Shown: positions 38,103 to 47,651, counted from the first letter of the stretch. The stretch is 64,000 nt of DNA from an uncultured Candidatus Binatia bacterium (GCA_965215605.1 OZ244070.1:832001-896000), one strand, 5' to 3'. Notes: generated by a model from the sequence alone, not told the origin. Translations and numbers: made by a program.

Positions 38103-38653
38103 GAGCATAGGGAACGTTCTCTCCGCGCGTCCCAGCCCGGAAATTCTCGCGCACGATCCGAGCATTCTGCGCGGCGTAGCGATGTTCGAGTCCTTGATGA
38201 TCGACCGCTCCCAACCCCGATTGGCGTTGGAACCTCGTTCAGAATCCTGCGTCGGCGGACCCTCCTCGTGTGCTCGCTTTGCGCCTCTGCACGAGGGGAT
38301 TCAGGGTTGAGTTGGTATCGGATGTGCTGTGGAAGGGTCGAAGTCCTGTCGCGAGAGTCGACTCCAGGTCTGATGGCGGGGTCAACGTCGCGAATCCCGG
38401 TTGCGGTATCGTAGGACCTTGCCGATTCTGCGGCGAGCCGATGGGCTGTCTCGGTGCCCCCGGGAAAGATGGATGTGCAGTACACCTGGAAGTGGCTGGA
38501 GTGTCCGGCAACCGTCGATACCCAAAGCGCTCTCCGCCCCCCACGAATACGGGCACACATGAGACGAGGAGTTGACACGGATTCTCTTGTGCAAGCTGGC
38601 GATTTTCGCGAAGCTTGGCGACAGCGTCGAGACAGGACGGACGCTTGATTCAA

Positions 38654-39034
38654 TCATTCGGGCGGGCTGTTTTTGAGCGTATTCTGAAGCTTGCGGGCTT
38701 CGTCGACCAGGCGTTCGAGTCGCTCGCGGTCTCCATTGTCGATCATGTCGCCGCGTATTTTGGTTGCCATGATGTAAGCGTAACGAAAGGTGCGCTCGAT
38801 CAGGGGCACGAGATGGGCGGGCAGAGAGACGGGGGCGGCGTTTTCGGGGTTGCGGACGAGGTCGAGAATCTTCTTCCGTACGAACTCGGCGGGCGTGATG
38901 CCATGGGTATGTGCGGCTTCTCGCACTTCCTCCCATTCGGAGTCGGAGAAGCGGACGCCGCGGTTCTTGCGTGCGGCATCGTGTTGCTGATCCCGGGCGT
39001 CGCCGGTTTCGGGGTCGGGGTGGTTGGCGGTCAT
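38654..39034 (-). CDS. Ribbon-helix-helix protein, MobC/TraY-like relaxosome accessory candidate
   Basis: RGVRFSDSEWEEVREAA...G...AEFVR; adjacent to the nic-like site. Confidence 0.75.
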   Translation of the reverse strand: MTANHPDPETGDARDQQHDAARKNRGVRFSDSEWEEVREAAHTHGITPAEFVRKKILDLVRNPENAAPVSLPAHLVPLIERTFRYAYIMATKIRGDMIDNGDRERLERLVDEARKLQNTLKNSPPE

Positions 39035-39269
39035 GATCTGGGGCCTGGTGGCGGATCGACTCTGGGCTCGTACGGGGTGCGGACGCGGTGTGTAGTGGGG
39101 GACCGGGATCGAGCGTTCGCAACTCTTTTTTGCTACCAGATCGGCGAGTTCATGGCGAACTCGAAGCGGTTTTGTTCGCCAGTGATCCTAATGAGAAGCG
39201 ATGGGGTGGCTGGGACGGGGAGGATTTTCGGGCGGAACGGCGCGGAAGTGAGCCAGCGGAGGGGAGGAT

Positions 39270-39335
39270 AAGCGTGTAACGATCGTGGAGCGCGGCATTG
39301 TGTCGGTGTAACGGCGGTGGAGCAAGCGTGTAACG
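39270..39335 (+). repeat. Iterated (AAGC)GTGTAACG motifs, putative relaxosome binding sites
   Basis: Copies at 39270-39281, 39306-39313 and 39324-39335; inverted GTTACA at 39384-39389. Confidence 0.6.
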
Positions 39336-39480
39336 GTAGCGACAGCAGGCGCCAGGGCTGCGCGGCGGCGCAACGGTAGTCGTGTTACAGGGAGCAACCA
39401 CTCGGTCCAACAAGAGGCAGGCGGACAAAGGCGCCACTTGTACCTGAAAGGGCACGGCATTCGCATCAATGGCACAACCA

Positions 39481-39505
39481 GCATCGGAGGTGCGTGGGGT
39501 GTGAG
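39481..39505 (+). other. Putative oriT nic site (MOBF); nick predicted between 39502 and 39503
   Basis: GCATC-GGA-GGTGC hairpin running into TGCGTGGGGTGT^G, which matches the F-plasmid nic core; MOBF relaxase present. Confidence 0.75.
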
Positions 39506-39599
39506 AATCAGAGCCCGCGCCATGCGGTCAGGAACGGAAAATGTGAGGTATGAGCGAAGGGGGATCGAGGCGGGCGAAGCCGGCGGAAGGGAGCCGCCA

Positions 39600-40430
39600 C
39601 GGCGACTGAGTGGAAGTCAGTGTCGACGGAGCTTCCGGCAGGCGTGCGGAGCACGCTGCCGGAAGCGCGGGCAGTGGCGTCCGCAGTGGCGAGGAAAGCG
39701 AGGACGGCGGAGTGCGGGAGCCGGTGACGTGCGGAGCCGGCACGGGCGATGCGGATGCGGAGGGGGTGTGCCGAAGACGAGCGCAGCGAGGCGGACGGCA
39801 TGAGTGCAGCGATGCCGCCGAAGGCGGCGAGGCATGCCGTGCTGAACAGGCGAGTTGGCGCAGCCGGGTTCGACAGGGTCACGTCAGCGGCAATGGCGAT
39901 TGAGTGGCGGTCACTGCCGGAGGCGCGGGCAGAGGCGTCTGCAGCGCGCACCGGCGAGGTGAAGGAAGCAGGACGGACCGGTCCGGAGGAGGGGGGAAGG
40001 CCCGCGTCGCCGAGTGGCGCAGGGGAGGCGCGAAGCGGGTCCTCGGCGACACGGGCCGTGGAGGGGGGTCCGTGCCGAGGGCAGCACATGTCGATGGCAC
40101 TCGATAACGGCACAACCTTTAGGAGAATGCCGGACGGAGCGAGCGCAGCGAGGCGGACGACATGAGTGCGGCAATGCTGCCGAGGGCGGCGAGCCGTGCG
40201 CACACCGGGAGCGCCAGCGACCGAAGGCGCGAGACCGCGCAGCGGCTCGACAGGGTAGCGTCACCGGCAACGCCGGTGACGTGGAAACCAGCGGGCCGCC
40301 GCGGCGACCGAGTGGCGGTCAGTGCTGAAGGCGCCGACGGCATACGTGCGAAGCACGTTGCCGGAGGCGTCGACTGGGGTGTCCACAGTGGTGCGGACAC
40401 CGGGGATGGCGGGGAGCGGAAGCCGGCGAC
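39600..40430 (+). repeat. Non-coding mosaic of degenerate repeats and hairpins
   Basis: About 39600-39730 resembles 40303-40430; about 39779-39831 resembles 40141-40193; several stems with 3-nt loops. Confidence 0.7.
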
Positions 40431-40614
40431 GGGCGAAGCCCGCACGGCGACGCGGACGGCACGGGTGCGGCGAGTCGTGGGTCGGATGCGCGGCCAGGCA
40501 TGGCGCGCCTGGAATGGAACACGGGTCACGCCGTTTTGTGGGCGGAGGGAGCGCCAGCGACCCGAGGCGCGACGCGAAGCGAGCGCTGTTGGTGTATTGT
40601 TCGGGTGCGCCGAC

Positions 40615-40654
40615 AAAAAAAGGGAGCCGCGCCGCCGAAGCGACGCGACCCCCT
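40615..40654 (-). terminator. Rho-independent terminator
   Basis: GC stem with cUUCGg loop followed by a U-run, just after the DUF2493 stop. Confidence 0.8.
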
Positions 40655-40666
40655 GTTGCGTGCGGC

Positions 40667-41590
40667 TCAGGCAGCCACCTTCTGGACCGGGATGCCGAGC
40701 TGCCTTGCCTTGTCGACGAGGTTGTCGGTGATGCCGCTGCCGGGGAACGCGATCACGCCCTTGGGCAGGAGGTTGAGGAGGTCGTCGTTGCGGCGGAAGG
40801 GAGCGGCCCGTCCGTGGCGGTCCCAGTCGGGCTTGCACACGACCTGGTGGACGCCGCGTTGCTCGGCCCAACTTGCCGCGATGCGCTCGACGCCGGGGCC
40901 GCCGCCGTGGACCAGCACCATGTCGGTGTACTTGGCACGGACCTTGTCGAGGCGCTGGAAGACCGCGGCGGGCTCGCCCACGTCCTTGCCTCCGGTGACC
41001 GCGACCAGGGTTCCCTCGGGCAGGTGGGCCTGGGTCTTGCGGTCCTTGCGTGCGCGCATGAAGTCACGGGCATTGATGGCAGCGGAGGTGAGCTTGCCGG
41101 TCTGGCTGGTGTGGGAGCCTGAGCGGGGCCGCCAGATGTTGCCGGTCTGGAGCTGGTAGTCGTGGGCTGCGGCGTCGCGCATCTTCTCGAAGGCGTCGCG
41201 GCGGGCGGTGAGGTTCTGCGCCCGGTCGGTGATGAGTTCGAGCTCGCGGGACTTGATCTCGGAGCCGTCCTGCTCGCGCTGGAGGTCGCGGAGGTCGGGC
41301 ATGAGGCGGTCTGCGGAGCGGTCGAGGCGCTGTGTCTGAGCGTCGAGCATGTTGACGAAGCCCCAGAGCAGGCTTTCGCGTTCGTCGGCGAGCTGAGTGC
41401 CGTCGGGGCCGATGCCGTCCGCGAGGAGCTCGAAGGCAGCGCGGACCGCGTCGACGGCGTCGTTCTCGTCCCAGACGTCCCTGGAATCGAATTCGTCGGG
41501 CTCGGGGGTGAGTCCGAAGGTCCGAGCATGCTCACAAGCCATGTCCATGATGGATTGACCCTGGTCGGGGATGTTGTCGATGCTGGTCAT
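40667..41590 (-). CDS. DUF2493 (YspA/SLOG-like) domain protein
   Basis: LLWGFVN, VAVTGG, LVHGG..G.E.IA..WA, PDW..HGRAAPFRRND, IAFPGSGIT.NL. Confidence 0.85.
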   Translation of the reverse strand: MTSIDNIPDQGQSIMDMACEHARTFGLTPEPDEFDSRDVWDENDAVDAVRAAFELLADGIGPDGTQLADERESLLWGFVNMLDAQTQRLDRSADRLMPDLRDLQREQDGSEIKSRELELITDRAQNLTARRDAFEKMRDAAAHDYQLQTGNIWRPRSGSHTSQTGKLTSAAINARDFMRARKDRKTQAHLPEGTLVAVTGGKDVGEPAAVFQRLDKVRAKYTDMVLVHGGGPGVERIAASWAEQRGVHQVVCKPDWDRHGRAAPFRRNDDLLNLLPKGVIAFPGSGITDNLVDKARQLGIPVQKVAA

Positions 41591-41888
41591 GATGACCTCC
41601 TCTCGTGTTAAGGACCTTGCGGCCCGTGACTGGGGCTCGTCCACCCCGAAGTGATGTCCCTTCTTTTCACGCGCGCGCAACGTAGCCACCGGGCGTAGCC
41701 CGGCCGGAACGGAGCGAAGCGGAGAGGAGGACCCCTTCAGGGGTTGGCGCAGGGAGCACGTGTGACAAGATGGGAGATCACGTCGGGGAGGACTTTGTGT
41801 GGATACGGCGCCGTCCCCCTTGAAGCTCAAACTTTCCTTGGAAGACCCAACGGCGAACTGACTGCGGGAGAGAAGGCCGCGGCGGCCA

Positions 41889-42119
41889 TCACGGCCAGAG
41901 GGGATGGGAATCGAGGAGGCGCTGGGCGACGTCCCGGATGCTGCTGCGGTCGTGCACGCGCCGGAATCCACGGGGATCTTCATGGATGTGCACGACGTAG
42001 AAGACACGGCCGGGGGCGAGGATGTCGTCGTGGCGGTAGACGCCGCCGACATGCTCGCCGTCGGCGTAGATGCGGGACTCGTGCGGGGTGAGCCGCTTGA
42101 AGGTGACGCAGACCATCAT
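41889..42119 (-). CDS. Hypothetical protein
   Basis: AGGAGG RBS, coupled to the upstream gene. Confidence 0.6.
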   Translation of the reverse strand: MMVCVTFKRLTPHESRIYADGEHVGGVYRHDDILAPGRVFYVVHIHEDPRGFRRVHDRSSIRDVAQRLLDSHPLWP

Positions 42120-42475
42120 GCACTCCTCCTTTCGGCCAGGACGGACGCGGCCCAGGCGGCGGCGCGGGCGAGTACGTGTGCGTGGCAGGGCAAGGGATGG
42201 CACCAGCAGGCGAGGCTCTTGCTGTTGAGCTGGGCGAGATCGTGGAGGGAAATGGAGCCGATGCGGATGCGCCGCCAGAGAAGGAGACGGTAGAGGGTGA
42301 TGATTTCCTCGCGGGTTCCATGGGCGCCGAGGCGGAATGGGTTGCCCCACTTGGAGCGGCGATCGACGAGGGCGACGTTGTCGAGCACTCGGGTGCCGAG
42401 GTTGTGGTTCGTGGGGGCGCGTTTGAGCAACTCGTGGAGTTCGGGTTCGTGCCTCAGGTTGATGACGGTATCCAT
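42116..42475 (-). CDS. DUF4326 domain protein
   Basis: DR.SKWGNPF, L...LACWC.P.PCHA.VL. Confidence 0.85.
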   Translation of the reverse strand: MDTVINLRHEPELHELLKRAPTNHNLGTRVLDNVALVDRRSKWGNPFRLGAHGTREEIITLYRLLLWRRIRIGSISLHDLAQLNSKSLACWCHPLPCHAHVLARAAAWAASVLAERRSA

Positions 42476-43515
42476 ACTCCCTCTCCTTCCATCAAGACTT
42501 TGCCCGCTCCGGGCCGCTCTCCCCGGACTCCCGGGCGGAAGAGCGGGCGGAGCCTTGCGGCGAGGACGGCGGCGCCGAGCGAAGCGAGGTCGTCGTTGAA
42601 GTCGCCGCCTTCCGGAACGATGACCGCGGCCGCGACGCCCGCCCGCGCGCAGCGCCGGGCGAGGCGTTCGGCGGCCCATGCGCCCTCGAAGTCGTTGTCG
42701 CGGGCGATGACGACGCGGCGGCAGGCGGGCGGAGGTGAGAAAGCGCCGAGGCTGCCGGCGGAGAGGGCGGCGGCCGCAATGATCTCAGGCACCGCGGTGA
42801 CGAGCGACAGCACGGTCTCGATGCCTTCGCCGACGAGGAGCGGAGCGACGCCGCCGGCGGGCATGCCGAAACGCACGGCGAGGCCGTAGATGCGGCCGAG
42901 GGCCTTCCTGGGCGAGGCGACGTCGGCCTTGGCGGGACGGCCGGGATCGAGCCAGGTGCGGTGCACGCCGCGGACGGCGCCGTCGTCGCCGGTCACGGCG
43001 GCGACCAGCGCCGGCAGGCGGATGACGGAGGAGCCTTCGCGGTAGCGAAGCTCGGGGTGGAAGCGGAGCGCCGGGAACCGGCAGCGCGCGAGGCCGCGGG
43101 CGCGGAGATAGGCTTCGGCGTGTGTGCCGTCCACGGCGCGGCAACCGCGCCACAGGCGGCGCGCCGCCTGTGCGGCGTCGTAGTCGCCTGCATCGCCCGC
43201 GGCCGGCGAAGCCGGCAGGGCGAGGAAGGCGCGGGCCTCGTCGAGCGCCGCGCGGAGCGTCGGCGCGCCCGTGCGGTGGCGGATGAGGTCGAGCAGATCG
43301 CCGTGGCTGCCCACGGCCGCATCGGTCCACTTCCCGGGCGTGCCGGGACCGTGCAGGCGGACGAAGAGGGAGCGGCCTCGGGCGTCGTCGAGGTCGCCCG
43401 CGACCCAGTAACGGCCCTGGCGGCGGCCGTGGGGGAGGTAGCGTTGGCAGACCTCTTCGGCGCGCTCGGCAAGCGCGGCGGCGACGGCGGAGGCGGGGGA
43501 CGGAGCGTAGTGCAT
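42454..43515 (-). CDS. Toprim-domain primase-like protein (DUF7146-type)
   Basis: G.W.D.A.G..GD.LDLI, YL..RG, LRFHP, GVHRT.L, VGEGIET.LS, IA.DND, DFND. Confidence 0.85.
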   Translation of the reverse strand: MHYAPSPASAVAAALAERAEEVCQRYLPHGRRQGRYWVAGDLDDARGRSLFVRLHGPGTPGKWTDAAVGSHGDLLDLIRHRTGAPTLRAALDEARAFLALPASPAAGDAGDYDAAQAARRLWRGCRAVDGTHAEAYLRARGLARCRFPALRFHPELRYREGSSVIRLPALVAAVTGDDGAVRGVHRTWLDPGRPAKADVASPRKALGRIYGLAVRFGMPAGGVAPLLVGEGIETVLSLVTAVPEIIAAAALSAGSLGAFSPPPACRRVVIARDNDFEGAWAAERLARRCARAGVAAAVIVPEGGDFNDDLASLGAAVLAARLRPLFRPGVRGERPGAGKVLMEGEGVWIPSST

Positions 43516-43630
43516 GGCGGCTCTCCTTCGGGGAACGGGACGCCCGGCGCCGCCCGGCGCCGGAGGGCGAGCGGGCCGAGCGAAGCGAAGGCACGAAGCC
43601 CGGAGGCGCTTGCTTTGGACGGCCAGCACG

Positions 43631-43662
43631 AAAAAAGGGCCGACGCACGAGGCGCCGGCCCT
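43631..43662 (-). terminator. Rho-independent terminator after ssb
   Basis: AGGGCCG...CGGCCCT stem followed by a U-run. Confidence 0.7.
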
Positions 43663-43691
43663 GGGTGGGAGGAAAGGGAGGTGGAGGAGTC

Positions 43692-44132
43692 CTAGAACGG
43701 GATGCCGTCGTCGACATCCGCCTGCGGCGCGGCCGCGGTGTCCGGCATCGCGGCGTCGGCCGGGGCCGGGGCGCCGTTGCCGTTCGGCTTGTCGAGGAAC
43801 TGCACCCGGCCGCCCGGGACCAGCAGGATCTCGGTCGAGTAGCGGTCGCTGTCCTCGCCGGGCTTGGACCAGCGCCGGGTCTGGAGCTTGCCGTCGACGT
43901 AGACCAGCCGCCCCTTGCGGGCGTGCTTCTCGAACATGTTGACGAGGCCGTCCTGGAAGGTCACCACCCGGTGCCATTCGGTCTTGTCGACCTTCTCGCC
44001 GGTCTTGTTGATGTACGACTCGTCGGTGGCGATGCTGAGGTTGGCGACGCGGCCTCCGCTGGACAGGTGATTGACGGTGACGTCGGCGCCGAGGCGGCCG
44101 ATCAGTTCTACGCGATTCAGTCCGAAGCTCAT
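43692..44132 (-). CDS. ssb: Single-stranded DNA-binding protein
   Basis: LNRV.LIG.LG.D, TEWHRVV, KG.LVYV.GKL.TR.W, C-terminal DDGIPF. Confidence 0.96.
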   Translation of the reverse strand: MSFGLNRVELIGRLGADVTVNHLSSGGRVANLSIATDESYINKTGEKVDKTEWHRVVTFQDGLVNMFEKHARKGRLVYVDGKLQTRRWSKPGEDSDRYSTEILLVPGGRVQFLDKPNGNGAPAPADAAMPDTAAAPQADVDDGIPF

Positions 44133-44225
44133 GAGGTTCTCCTTCCTGTGCTGGTTAGTGACGATGGTCTGCGAACGTCCAGGGACCGGGGTCCTCCCTC
44201 CCCGGCCCCCTTCCGTTCACCTCTC

Positions 44226-44375
44226 TCAAGCCCCCCTCTCACTCCACCGGTCCGGACAGCTCCGGGCGTGGTCGTCGTCGATGACGTCCTGGACGGCGCC
44301 GGGGTCGAGCCGGATCTCGGCCAGCACGTCGCTGCCAGTCGGGGTTTCTGCGATGTCGAAGTCGATGCCAGACAT
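44226..44375 (-). CDS. Small acidic hypothetical protein (49 aa)
   Basis: AAGGAGG RBS then MSGIDFDIAETPTGSDVLAEIRLDPGAVQDVIDDDH; too short for the ORF track. Confidence 0.4.
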   Translation of the reverse strand: MSGIDFDIAETPTGSDVLAEIRLDPGAVQDVIDDDHARSCPDRWSERGA

Positions 44376-44477
44376 GTCTGCGTCCTCCTTGGCTGCCTGC
44401 CTTCCCGGAGTGCGTGAGGGAGACCGCCTCCCTCTCCCCTTCCGGGCCTTCGCCCCGGTGGACGCCTTTCTCCGGCT

Positions 44478-45011
44478 CTATGGAGAGGACCGGGTCCGGC
44501 GGATGGCCAGGAGGCGCTCGCAGACCGCACGCGGCGGCATCGCGCCCAGGTTCAGCACGGGGATGCCGGCCTCCATTGCCATGCGGATCGCCATCCCGGT
44601 GCCTCCGGTGATGGCTCCCCCCGGCGTCCAGGCCACCACGGCATCCACGGAACGGCCGAGACCGACTCCGAGGATGGCTGCGTTCCTGGCATGGAGCTTT
44701 CGGACGGCGGGCGAGCAGCGGTCCCAGGCGGGATGCAGGCGGGCGGCGATGGTCATGCAGGACTCGAGCTCGGACGGCGACGGCGCCCGGCAGTCCGGAC
44801 CCGCGCAGCCGTTGTAGCCGGGCCAGGGCAGGTACAGGGTCCGTTGGGCGGCCGGCGCGCCTTCGGCAAACGCACTGTCGGCTCCGGCCGCGCCGCCGCT
44901 GTTGAGATGCCATCCCTGCCGCGCGAGCCATCCGGCCATCACGGTCATGGCGGTCAGGACGGATGGCGGCGTCTTGCGGGCTCCGATGCCGGCATAGGTC
45001 AAGGTGGTCAT
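44478..45011 (-). CDS. SLOG / DprA-like nucleotide-binding protein
   Basis: YAGIGAR.TP, SGGA.GAD.AF, LHARN, GGTG.AIR.A...IPV.NL. Confidence 0.8.
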   Translation of the reverse strand: MTTLTYAGIGARKTPPSVLTAMTVMAGWLARQGWHLNSGGAAGADSAFAEGAPAAQRTLYLPWPGYNGCAGPDCRAPSPSELESCMTIAARLHPAWDRCSPAVRKLHARNAAILGVGLGRSVDAVVAWTPGGAITGGTGMAIRMAMEAGIPVLNLGAMPPRAVCERLLAIRRTRSSP

Positions 45012-45426
45012 GTCAGGATCCTCCCCGGTTGGTGGTTCGAGGCGCCTCTCTCTCCGGGCGCGTCTCTCACCCGCCTCCCGCTGTCCTCGAACGCTGGCCG
45101 GCAGGACGTCCGGGCGGACTTGAGACGGCGCCGGGATTCGGGCCGGGCGACGTGGAAGACCGGGGATTGATGGCGCGGCGGGGACTCGCCGTCGTTGGCG
45201 GTCGGGCTGCCCGGCGCGGCGGCCGTCGCAATCTACGCCGTGGCGCCCAGCTTGCCGGCGGATGGTCCGGCGGCGGCCTTCACCCTTGAGGCGCGGCTAC
45301 AAGGCCGTGGTATTCGCGCGGCGCGGTTATGGGCAGGATGTCAACCCCTCTGTGCTTGAAAATGGTTGAAGATCCCCGTAAGGTTATCTATAGGCGGGCT
45401 CGGACAGAACTCTCAGGGGGCGACCT

Positions 45427-45936
45427 ATGGAAGACACGACAAAGGTTCCCGCTGACCCCATCATGCCTATACATATACTCGCTGCGGCCCGTTACCTCGT
45501 AGAAGCTTCTGGTTGTGCCTTGTCGAATCTGGCGCTTCAGAAAATCCTCTATATCGCCAACATGTTCCACTTGGGTCGCTACGAATACCCACTGGTCTCG
45601 GGACATTTTGAAGCATGGGACTATGGTCCTGTCCATCCGGTGCTTTACCACAAGGTGAAGCGCTTCGGGGCCGACCCGGTAACGGAAATCGAATATCCCT
45701 TGACAATTAAAGAAGAGACCCACCAAGAATTACTTGATGAAGCATTGGATGCGCTGGGACAACAAAGTGGCGCACAACTCATCTCGGTAACTCACTGGAA
45801 GGAGGGGGCGTGGGCCAAGAACTATGCACCAGGCGAAAACGCCCGCATTTCAGATGGCGACATCCTCGAAGAGTACAACAAGCGGGCGGAAATCGCCGAG
45901 GAAAACAGCAGGGAAAGGGCCGACCGAAACACCTAG
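45427..45936 (+). CDS. Panacea (DUF4065/SocA/GepA) antitoxin
   Basis: L.LQKILY, FEAW.YGPV...LY, L...TH..G.W; lower GC. Confidence 0.9.
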   Translation: MEDTTKVPADPIMPIHILAAARYLVEASGCALSNLALQKILYIANMFHLGRYEYPLVSGHFEAWDYGPVHPVLYHKVKRFGADPVTEIEYPLTIKEETHQELLDEALDALGQQSGAQLISVTHWKEGAWAKNYAPGENARISDGDILEEYNKRAEIAEENSRERADRNT

Positions 45937-46222
45937 CATCAATGCTGCAACGACAAGTCTCAACATTCCCGGACCCGTAGAGCAATCCTTCAATCTCATG
46001 TTGGAACAGGCGATCCGGCACGAAAGTAGAATCTCCGCACTGGAAAAGGGCGGGGAACATTTCGCAACAAAGGAAGCGCTTGCCCAACTTGAATCGAAGC
46101 TACTGACACGCGTTAACTGGGCCTTAGTCATTCTCCTGGTCACAATCGTTGGAGCCGTACTTAGGTTCTGGCTCTGGGGCGATGTCGGGAACCCTACCCT
46201 TGCCGATCCGCCTTCGTCCTGA
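45854..46222 (+). CDS. Small coiled-coil protein with C-terminal TM helix; candidate Panacea-cognate toxin
   Basis: Overlaps the panacea 3' end; HESRISALE..FATKE.LA.LE.KL then a hydrophobic helix; start uncertain (45854 or 45998). Confidence 0.55.
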   Translation: MATSSKSTTSGRKSPRKTAGKGPTETPSINAATTSLNIPGPVEQSFNLMLEQAIRHESRISALEKGGEHFATKEALAQLESKLLTRVNWALVILLVTIVGAVLRFWLWGDVGNPTLADPPSS

Positions 46223-46347
46223 GTTCAAACCCTCCCTGGGTAAACTGCTATATAATTCCCATTTTTTGCGCCAACCGCCCAGGCGTGGATCCAGTCGTAG
46301 GCCGGCCGGCTGCGCAGCAAGAGTCGGCTGGAATCGACGCCTGCCGC

Positions 46348-47130
46348 CTACTCGCAGACGATCCCGTCGCGGTCCCGGTCATTCATGAAGGGGTACGCCG
46401 GGTGGCCGCGGCGAACCGGGGCAATGCCGTGGCGGCGCGCTTCCTTGCAGGTGATCCGGCCGTTGCGGTTGTCGTCCCAGCGGCGAAGGGCTTCGCGGGA
46501 GGGAGGGCGGCTCATCCGGGAAGGCGGCCGGGTCACCCGGGACGGAGGGCGTGGCGCGGACGGCCGGCTCGTGAAGACCATTTCCGTGGAGTTGCAGCCG
46601 GAGAGCACCCGGTCGAGGGCGGCGGCTTCCCGGCGGTCTATGGTGAGCCGGTACTTGCGCCGGACGTCCAGGACCCGGCCGGCGAACCAGCATCGGTTGA
46701 TCGGCGGCAGCCACCCGGCGGCGTCATGAGCGCATTTCCCCTTCGGTCCACACCGGTTCACCGCCGGCGCCGCGAGAGTGATGTTCAAGGGATCGCGGGC
46801 AAAGGTTCTCTTCGTGGCGGAATCCGCCCGGCAGAGCCCGCTGTCGTGCGCTTCGGACCTCGCAACGATGTGCTCGATGTCGGTCTTGCGGCGGCTGGAG
46901 AAGTAGCGGCCGGTGTACGGGCCGTAGACCTTGCCCCCCATTCCAGCGATGATCCGGAGCTCCACCGCCTGCGGGTAGGGATAGTCCCTGGGCCGGTACG
47001 GAGCACAGCGGTGCTCCGGGGCGAGCGTCAGGCCGCGCCACTCCTCGGCGCCCAGACCGTGCGCTGCAACGCCCATGTCGAGACAACCGGCAAACAGAAC
47101 GCAACGGAGAACGAACCGGCTTCGATTCAT
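46348..47130 (-). CDS. Secreted HNH (DUF1524-like) nuclease with Excalibur Ca-binding domain
   Basis: Signal-like N-terminus; DIEHIVA..EA.DSG, FA.D..N.TLA...VN; C-terminal C.EAR......Y...DRD.DG.VCE. Confidence 0.8.
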   Translation of the reverse strand: MNRSRFVLRCVLFAGCLDMGVAAHGLGAEEWRGLTLAPEHRCAPYRPRDYPYPQAVELRIIAGMGGKVYGPYTGRYFSSRRKTDIEHIVARSEAHDSGLCRADSATKRTFARDPLNITLAAPAVNRCGPKGKCAHDAAGWLPPINRCWFAGRVLDVRRKYRLTIDRREAAALDRVLSGCNSTEMVFTSRPSAPRPPSRVTRPPSRMSRPPSREALRRWDDNRNGRITCKEARRHGIAPVRRGHPAYPFMNDRDRDGIVCE

Positions 47131-47195
47131 TGCGCCTCCTTCATGCAGACGGCGGCAGGAACAGGATGTCCTCCGGGTTGCCGCCGAGGTCCTGT

Positions 47196-47510
47196 CTAGC
47201 ACGTCCTGCCGTTCCGGTTGAGCCGCCGGCCAGCGTCCGGTTCAGTCCGGGATTCGTGGCCGTTCTCCGGGGCCTCGGTGCGCATGGAGCGGGCGGCGAG
47301 CGCGGTCCAGTCTTCTCTTGAATGTCCGAGCCGGGCGTTCAGGCGGTCGCACAACCGCTCGGCATCGTCGACCGTCAAGGCGACGAGAGCGGTCGGCACG
47401 TAGCCTTGCAGGCCCTCGAAAACGATGCGGATCTGCTGCGGGTCGTCGCCCAGGTCGTAGCTTGGGCAGAACGCGTAGTTCGGGTCGTCGGGCAGGTTCT
47501 GTGCGGTCAT
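47196..47510 (-). CDS. Hypothetical protein
   Basis: GAGGAG RBS; 104 aa. Confidence 0.55.
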   Translation of the reverse strand: MTAQNLPDDPNYAFCPSYDLGDDPQQIRIVFEGLQGYVPTALVALTVDDAERLCDRLNARLGHSREDWTALAARSMRTEAPENGHESRTEPDAGRRLNRNGRTC

Positions 47511-47651
47511 GGCAATGCTCCTCGGTTGAGTGAAACCCGCCGTCAGCGGGCCGGCGGTACGTACGCCGACGAGTTGACAGCGGGCGTGGACGGCGGCCGG
47601 CTCCTCCCGCGTTGCGGACGGCGGGCCGGCCATACGGATGACGCGACGGGC

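Noticed and set aside
39438-40731. Several overlapping ORFs downstream of oriT
   Set aside because: No RBS or recognisable domains; hairpin conservation explains the region better
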